In this document: one piece after another, positions 24,601 to 30,124 of the stretch
How positions within the stretch are numbered: the stretch's first letter is position 1
Layout of the letters: each line of letters starts with the position of its first letter
NCBI RefSeq assembly: GCF_001458695.1
Contig: NZ_LN885086.1
Coordinates: forward strand, 390,001 to 422,000
Source: Candidatus Nitrospira inopinata
Lineage (GTDB): Bacteria; Nitrospirota; Nitrospiria; Nitrospirales; Nitrospiraceae
DNA length: 32,000 nt
Direction of reading: 5' to 3'
Translations under genes and position numbers: made by a program
Notes under the pieces: model-generated
Seen by the model: the letters and a program-made list of their open reading frames with translations, nothing else
Told to the model about the DNA's origin: nothing
Database searches by the model: none

Positions 24601-25587
24601 TCACGGCGAGGCGGGCAACGCCGCTTCGCCCGTTGCCATGGCGAAATCGTCGAGATAGACGACCGAATCCTCTTCGTTGACGGTCGTCGGCATGGCGACG
24701 ACACAGTTGCCGACGCGCTCGGCTCTGGGAATCGGCCATTCGAAATTGGGCGTCATCCCGCCAATCCATTCAGATACTTTCGTCCATGTTGAGACACCGC
24801 GCTCGCGAACCCAGAGCTCGTACGCGCCCTGGGCACCCGAAGTGTCGACGTGAATCCGCACCTGGTACCACCGCCCGGCGAGCAGCGGAGTGGGATTCAG
24901 ATTCTGGTAGAGTTTGTCCCGATTCCATTCGGGCTCAGCACGATTGTTCGCCAGCGGCGCGCGAAAACTCCAGAACCATCCACCCACCGGCGCCATGGTC
25001 GGATTGCTTTCGGGGCCGGTGACGTTGTGCCACCCGAACAACCACGCGAACCGTTCCGTCGTGCAGGGATACGGCCCCCGGCAGGGATAGATGAATTTGC
25101 TTGAGGCAAATCGGCTTTCCGGCGTCGCATAAGTCCAGAACTGAAACCACACATTGGCCGGCACGGTTGTGAGCGGCGCGTCTTCCGCACCGTACTTTAC
25201 CCAGTAATCGGTCTGTCGGTGCGGAAAATTCGGCGGGCTGTAGGCGGTCGAGGGATATGACTCCATGACCAGCACGCGAGAATTTCTGACCGGGTCGAAG
25301 CGAGTGTAGAGATAGCCGTTGCCGCGACCGAAATACGAGTTGATCGCCTTCACATCCGTCCACCCATGCGCCCGAAACTGTAGCTCGGCATCGGTCGCGG
25401 ATCGCGCCACGTCGTACTCGAAGTCGTCAAAGAACAGCAGCCGGCTAGTTCCAACTGGCGGGGGGGTGCCGCCGTCAGCCGCATCTGGTAGCTCATCGCC
25501 ATGTCCGCATGCGGCAAGCCCCATTGCGAATGACACGATGCAAGAGAGCGCGATGAGGAAGGTTGTTCGTTGTTTCTCTGGAACCAC
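24601..25587 (-). CDS. Lipoprotein of unknown function (possible ConA-like / polysaccharide-lyase-like jelly-roll)
   Basis: GTG start at 25587, preceded by AGGAGG with a 7-nt spacer. Lipobox FAMGLAAC|G. The mature part begins ...LLFFDDFEYDV and ends ...VVYLDDFAMA. That pattern reminds me of ConA-like lyase/glucanase folds, but this is weak, memory-based evidence. Confidence 0.6.
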   Translation of the reverse strand: MVPEKQRTTFLIALSCIVSFAMGLAACGHGDELPDAADGGTPPPVGTSRLLFFDDFEYDVARSATDAELQFRAHGWTDVKAINSYFGRGNGYLYTRFDPVRNSRVLVMESYPSTAYSPPNFPHRQTDYWVKYGAEDAPLTTVPANVWFQFWTYATPESRFASSKFIYPCRGPYPCTTERFAWLFGWHNVTGPESNPTMAPVGGWFWSFRAPLANNRAEPEWNRDKLYQNLNPTPLLAGRWYQVRIHVDTSGAQGAYELWVRERGVSTWTKVSEWIGGMTPNFEWPIPRAERVGNCVVAMPTTVNEEDSVVYLDDFAMATGEAALPASP

Positions 25588-25669
25588 TCCTCATCCTCCT
25601 GCTGGGTCCCATGCCGTTGGTCCCTGCCCCATCGCGTCTCCATCGACAAAATCGACGACAATGCTCAAT

Positions 25670-25703
25670 CACCACCACGCTTCGCGCACCACCACGCTTC
25701 GCG
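25670..25703. repeat. Perfect tandem direct repeat, 2 x 17 bp
   Basis: caccaccacgcttcgcg (25670-25686) is immediately repeated at 25687-25703. It lies 83-116 nt upstream of the lipoprotein GTG at 25587. Confidence 0.9.
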
Positions 25704-25770
25704 GCATCTCCGCTATCATGGATAACACGCGTACCAGCTTTTCCGTTACGTCCGCCTCATCCATTCCGCA

Positions 25771-25801
25771 AAATTTCATCACGTCTGGTGCAACCATTGG
25801 C
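25771..25801 (+). promoter_or_regulatory. Sigma-54-like box 3 (-12 reads TTGG)
   Basis: AAATTTCATCACGTCTGGTGCAACCATTGGC. No ORF follows within about 500 nt, and it lies upstream of box 4. Confidence 0.3.
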
Positions 25802-26107
25802 ATCGACGAGCATGGATCCCCTTTGCGGCGGCACACGTTCTCGCCTGTTCATGATCGTGAGTGATTCGGTCTTGGAGTGCCCTATGACCAGATAAAAGTT
25901 TTTCTGATCTTCGCGTAATTCCTCTGCATCTCAGCACACCATCTTCAGCAACAGCCGCGACGGACCGTCTGGCAGCCAATCTGGCAATGACCAAGTGGGG
26001 GAACTCGCTAGCACCTGCTCCCTGTGTACCGCTCCATTCTTCCCTGTGCAATGCAAGTTCAGTCGATCTAAATGTCTCCACCGCGGCCAATCCACCTGAT
26101 CCGATCG

Positions 26108-26138
26108 ATTTTTCATCACATCTGGTGCATCCGTTGCG
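26108..26138 (+). promoter_or_regulatory. Sigma-54-like box 4 (closest to the canonical TGGYRC-N5-TTGC)
   Basis: ATTTTTCATCACATCTGGTGCATCCGTTGCG. GG and GC are exactly 12 nt apart. It lies about 183 nt upstream of the PEP-CTERM start at 26321. Confidence 0.5.
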
Positions 26139-26320
26139 GCGGTCTGTAGCTGGTTGTCCTCCTTTTCCCTTATAGAAGGCAGGAGAGCATCTGGCCTTCC
26201 CGCGAAGAAGGCTCGAACCATGGAAGGCGTGACGATGGCCGTAACGATGGCATAGAAAACGGGAATGCAGCGGGAAGACGGAAGGAGTGCCGAATTCATT
26301 TTTTACCAGGAGGTGTGGTG

Positions 26321-27028
26321 ATGAGACGCAGTAAGCTGGTTCGTGCGGTTGTGTTGGGTGGCGCACTGTTCGCCTGGGGTCTTGCCCAGGTCGGATCTGG
26401 GCAAGCAGCGACGATTACCACTCCCGGTCCTGAGACGGGGATCGGCTACGAATGGCAGGTAGTCATGGGCGGTCTTGATCTCGCTCATTTTCACGGATCG
26501 GTCGGCGCCAAAAGCTGGGCCGAACCTGGCCAGCCAGCCGGTGCGAAAGGATGGACCCATACGACCGACTGGGTGGCGCTCGACCTAACAGGCGTTGGAG
26601 GGCCGGTGTACCTGACGGTCGAATTGGAGCGGGGACATAGTGGGGGCAGTCTCTTCCCAGCGTTCACGCTGTATTCCGGATGGGAGCTGATCAATGAGGA
26701 TACCAACAACCATACGTTCAACAATACAGGCAACATCTCTTGGGCAACCAATTTGACCTACCTGGCCCATGTTGCCAACGCCGGTGGACCGAACGGAACG
26801 GATAGCGGCACGGGCTCTGAGCACGTCCATGCGACTTTCACCCTCAACCCCGGCCTCTACTCGTTGGTCTTCGGCGGTAATCCGCCCTATCCCCCTGCTC
26901 AAACCGGAACACATTCATTCTCCGCCACCCTCTCCACCGCACCGGTGCCTGTTCCGGCGGCATTGTGGCTGTTCGGAAGCGGAATCATTGGCCTGGCCGG
27001 CTTGGCGCGAAGACGGATGAACGGCTGA
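26321..27028 (+). CDS. PEP-CTERM sorting-domain protein, paralog family A
   Basis: ATG 26321 lies 7 nt after AGGAGG (26308-26313); the track start GTG 26315 is too close to the SD. Signal peptide MRRSKLVRAVVLGGALFAWGLAQVGSGQA. C-terminus APVPVPAALWLFGSGIIGLAGLARRR. Confidence 0.85.
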   Translation: MRRSKLVRAVVLGGALFAWGLAQVGSGQAATITTPGPETGIGYEWQVVMGGLDLAHFHGSVGAKSWAEPGQPAGAKGWTHTTDWVALDLTGVGGPVYLTVELERGHSGGSLFPAFTLYSGWELINEDTNNHTFNNTGNISWATNLTYLAHVANAGGPNGTDSGTGSEHVHATFTLNPGLYSLVFGGNPPYPPAQTGTHSFSATLSTAPVPVPAALWLFGSGIIGLAGLARRRMNG

Positions 27029-27102
27029 GAGGCGGTGAGAAAAACGCTCCCGGATCGCCGACTCGTCTGATCCGGAGAAGCGTCGTTCGTGAGTCTCAAC
27101 CC

Positions 27103-27152
27103 ACCATCGGGCCGAGCTGCCAAAACAACGCAGCCGGCCCGATGGTCATTTT
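27103..27152 (+). terminator. Strong hairpin / weak terminator candidate after the PEP-CTERM gene 26321-27028
   Basis: A 12-bp outer stem 27103-27114 / 27135-27146 (accatcgggccg / cggcccgatggt) plus an inner 4-bp stem gctg/cagc. It is followed only by cattttg, a short U tract, so termination may be partial. Confidence 0.4.
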
Positions 27153-27194
27153 GAAGAAGGTCACAGGAATGGAGAGAAACGGAGGTCAAGTGCC

Positions 27195-27848
27195 ATGATC
27201 ATCCCGCACAAATTTGCCGCCCTCGCTCTTGCCAGCGCCCTTGCTTTCGCCGGCTTCTCTGGCCCAACTCATGCCGCTGTCATCGACCTGACCCACGTTG
27301 ATTTCGAATTTGATGGCTCACCCTGGACGCTCGGCTGGAAATTTGCTGTTCATGAACCGGTCTTCGCTCACTCTCTTGGCGTGTATGACTCCGGGCAGGA
27401 CGGTCTCGCCGACTCCGCCCAGGTGGGCCTGTGGCTGGCGACCGGCGGAGAACCACTGGCCACTGCGATCATCCCGGCTGGAACAGATGCGGCGCTCGAT
27501 GGCTTTTTCCGCTTTGTCCCGGTGAGTCCGGTCGTCTTGACACCAGGCATTGAATATGTCCTCGGCTCCTCTTCGCCGGGCGAACTGGCGACTTCCTTTT
27601 TCGGCGGCAACGGCGTGGTTGACCCTCGGGTGACAGTGATCGAGGCTCGGTATTCTTCTGAGTGGACCGGCTTTGCTTTTCCGGAACTGATCGATTCCAC
27701 TTCAGCCGGCGGCGCGCTGCTGGGGGCTAATCTCCAGATCACACCGGTGCCGCTCCCAGCCGGGTTGTGGCTCTTTGGCGGTGGCCTAACTGGATTGACT
27801 GCCTGGGCTCGACGAAAACATTTAATGGAGAAAACTCCATCACACTAA
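27195..27848 (+). CDS. PEP-CTERM sorting-domain protein, different N-terminal domain (DUF4082-like by memory)
   Basis: SD ggagg 8 nt upstream. Signal peptide MIIPHKFAALALASALAFAGFSGPTHA. The core TLGWKFAVHEPVFAHSLGVYD resembles a domain common in PEP-CTERM proteins. C-terminus TPVPLPAGLWLFGGGLTGLTAWARRK. Confidence 0.8.
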   Translation: MIIPHKFAALALASALAFAGFSGPTHAAVIDLTHVDFEFDGSPWTLGWKFAVHEPVFAHSLGVYDSGQDGLADSAQVGLWLATGGEPLATAIIPAGTDAALDGFFRFVPVSPVVLTPGIEYVLGSSSPGELATSFFGGNGVVDPRVTVIEARYSSEWTGFAFPELIDSTSAGGALLGANLQITPVPLPAGLWLFGGGLTGLTAWARRKHLMEKTPSH

Positions 27849-27901
27849 TCATCGTTGTCGGATGGTGACGCACCACCATTGCAACAAAGGAGGGTGCGAC
27901 T

Positions 27902-29992
27902 ATGGTAGGCAGACTGGTCGTCATTGCATTGGGGGGGCTGATCGTTTTGGTCTCTCCTCCTCATGGTTATGCTCTGAACGGTGATGGCACGATTCCCCGC
28001 GTGCCCAATCCTCCACCACCGGCCGATGTGGTTCACTTGCCCGGTGATCTCCGCTCAATCCCGGTGCCAGGTCCCAGCGAGCACGATCTCGCCGAATATG
28101 TCAAGGACAAGCAGATGGCGCTCGTGCTGGGCAAGGCGCTGTTTTGGGACATGCAGGTTGGGAGCGATGGGAAGACGGCTTGCGCCACTTGCCACTTTCG
28201 CGCCGGCGCCGACCCTCGGTCCAAGAACCAACTGTCACCAGGTCTCAAACGGGTTCCGAAACCAGACTTAACATTCCAACTCGGTGGTCCAAACTATCAA
28301 CTCACGGAACTTGACTTCCCCTTAACGAGACTGGCCATTCCCGGTCAGCGTGGGGCGCTTGATCCCCTCACCGACCGAAACGATGTCGTGAGTTCCCAAG
28401 GAGTCCCCTTCCTGGCACCGGGATCTGATCCGTTAGGTTTCCAAGTCGGCCGATTCAAGACTCGCCGGGTCGAGCCACGCAACACACCGACCGTCATCAA
28501 TGCCGTGTTCAACCATCGGCAATTTTGGGATGGCCGGGCCGAAAACATTTTTAACGGCGTCAATCACCTGGGCGACCGAGATCCGGAGGCGCGGGTCTTG
28601 GCTTCGATCGGCGGTGATCTCGTGCCGGTTCAAGTGCGATTGGTCAATTCCAGCCTGGCCTCCCAGGCGTTGGGGCCCATTCTCAATGAGCTCGAAATGG
28701 CCGAGCCGGGCCGCACTGTTCAGGACCTTGCCCGTGACCTACGGAAAGGCAAATTTTCTCGCCGAATCGGCAAGCGGGTGCATACGACGCGCCCGTTGCA
28801 ATACCAGCTTGTGGCTCCCTCCGACAGTGTGCTCGGCCCTTGGAGCCGCTACCCCAAGCCGGGCCTGCGGATCAACTCCTATGACGATCTGATCCAAGCC
28901 GCGTTTCAAGACAAGTATTGGCGCAGTGGGAAACGGATCGTGGTGGCGGACGATGGAACGATCACGATCGTCGATCGCCCAAGCCGAAAACCAAATGATG
29001 AATATACCCTGCTCGAATACAACTTTGGCCTGTTCTTCGGCCTCGCCATTCAACTCTATGAATCGACGCTGGTCTCGGATGACTCGCCGTGGGATCGATT
29101 CCGGCGACTGCACCCCAATCCATCCGACCCGGCTCTCAATCCGTGGACCAACAAGAACCCTGAATTCATCTCACGTCTGGCCCTCTTCGGCGCCCATCTG
29201 TTCAATGACCGAACCCGCGGCCCGCACAACCTGCGCTGCACCAACTGCCACGAGGGACCGGAATTGACCGACGCCTCCGTGCGCCGGATCATGATGGCTC
29301 CGAATGGCCCCGTTCGCAACCGAGACGGGAACATCATAGACAAAGGCTTCAATAACATCGGGGTGCGCCCGACCGAAGAGGATCTGGGCGTTGGCGCAAG
29401 CGACGAGTACGGCCCCCTCTCCCACAGCAAGCGATTGTTTCCCAACAACCCGCCGGCCTTCTTCGACGGAGCGGCAGTCACCAAAGGCTTCGGCGTGGAG
29501 GGAGCCTTTAAGATCCCCTCGCTCCGGAACGTAGCGCTTACGGCTCCATATTTTCACAACGGCGACACCCCTTCGCTGCGAGAAGCCGTGATGGTCTATA
29601 GCCGAGGGGGTAACGTGTTTCCGATTCGGCAAACCGATGGAACCTTGATCGAGCCCCTTGGCGTCGCCAACATGACACCGGATGAGGTGGATGCCGTAAT
29701 AGCCTGGCTTGAATCCCTGACGGACGAACGGGTGCGCATCGCGGCCGCGCCATTTGACCATCCGCAACTGTTCGTGCCGAACGGCCATGTTGGCGACCAC
29801 CAACGGGTGGTCCCCAGCCTGTTTGGATTTGCCATGGACAACATGATTGAAATCCCCATGACCGGCGCGGAAGGAGGGCCGCCCTTGCCCGGATTTCTCG
29901 AAGGAATTTTCGGCCCTCAGTCGAACAAATGGCCGCGATTCCGCTCGCTGGAGTGTTTGCCGACCCTGATGATGCAGGGAAAATGCTCATGA
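27902..29992 (+). CDS. Di-haem cytochrome c peroxidase (CCP/MauG) family protein, long form
   Basis: 696-aa ORF with SD aggaggg and an N-terminal hydrophobic signal/anchor. It has LGKALFWDMQVGSDGKTACATCHF, with CxxCH at 28181-28195, and a second CxxCH (CTNCH) at 29237-29251. FKIPSLRNVALTAPYFHNGD is typical of the CCP C-terminal haem domain. Confidence 0.85.
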   Translation: MVGRLVVIALGGLIVLVSPPHGYALNGDGTIPRVPNPPPPADVVHLPGDLRSIPVPGPSEHDLAEYVKDKQMALVLGKALFWDMQVGSDGKTACATCHFRAGADPRSKNQLSPGLKRVPKPDLTFQLGGPNYQLTELDFPLTRLAIPGQRGALDPLTDRNDVVSSQGVPFLAPGSDPLGFQVGRFKTRRVEPRNTPTVINAVFNHRQFWDGRAENIFNGVNHLGDRDPEARVLASIGGDLVPVQVRLVNSSLASQALGPILNELEMAEPGRTVQDLARDLRKGKFSRRIGKRVHTTRPLQYQLVAPSDSVLGPWSRYPKPGLRINSYDDLIQAAFQDKYWRSGKRIVVADDGTITIVDRPSRKPNDEYTLLEYNFGLFFGLAIQLYESTLVSDDSPWDRFRRLHPNPSDPALNPWTNKNPEFISRLALFGAHLFNDRTRGPHNLRCTNCHEGPELTDASVRRIMMAPNGPVRNRDGNIIDKGFNNIGVRPTEEDLGVGASDEYGPLSHSKRLFPNNPPAFFDGAAVTKGFGVEGAFKIPSLRNVALTAPYFHNGDTPSLREAVMVYSRGGNVFPIRQTDGTLIEPLGVANMTPDEVDAVIAWLESLTDERVRIAAAPFDHPQLFVPNGHVGDHQRVVPSLFGFAMDNMIEIPMTGAEGGPPLPGFLEGIFGPQSNKWPRFRSLECLPTLMMQGKCS

Positions 29993-30124
29993 GGTGGTTG
30001 AGCATGGATCTGTCATTGCCCGCATCCATTCCATCCAGACGACATTGCAGCGATGTTTGTTCGGTTCTATCCCCATACCGCTCATAGGGGGTGGAATGGT
30101 GCTTTTTCCCATGGAGGGACTCCT

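Noticed and set aside
25779-26366. 195-aa minus ORF and other ORFs (25563-25895, 25931-26299, 25987-26175) in the 730-bp spacer
   Set aside because: They are mutually overlapping, lack an SD, have biased composition, and cross the conserved boxes. I treated the region as non-coding.
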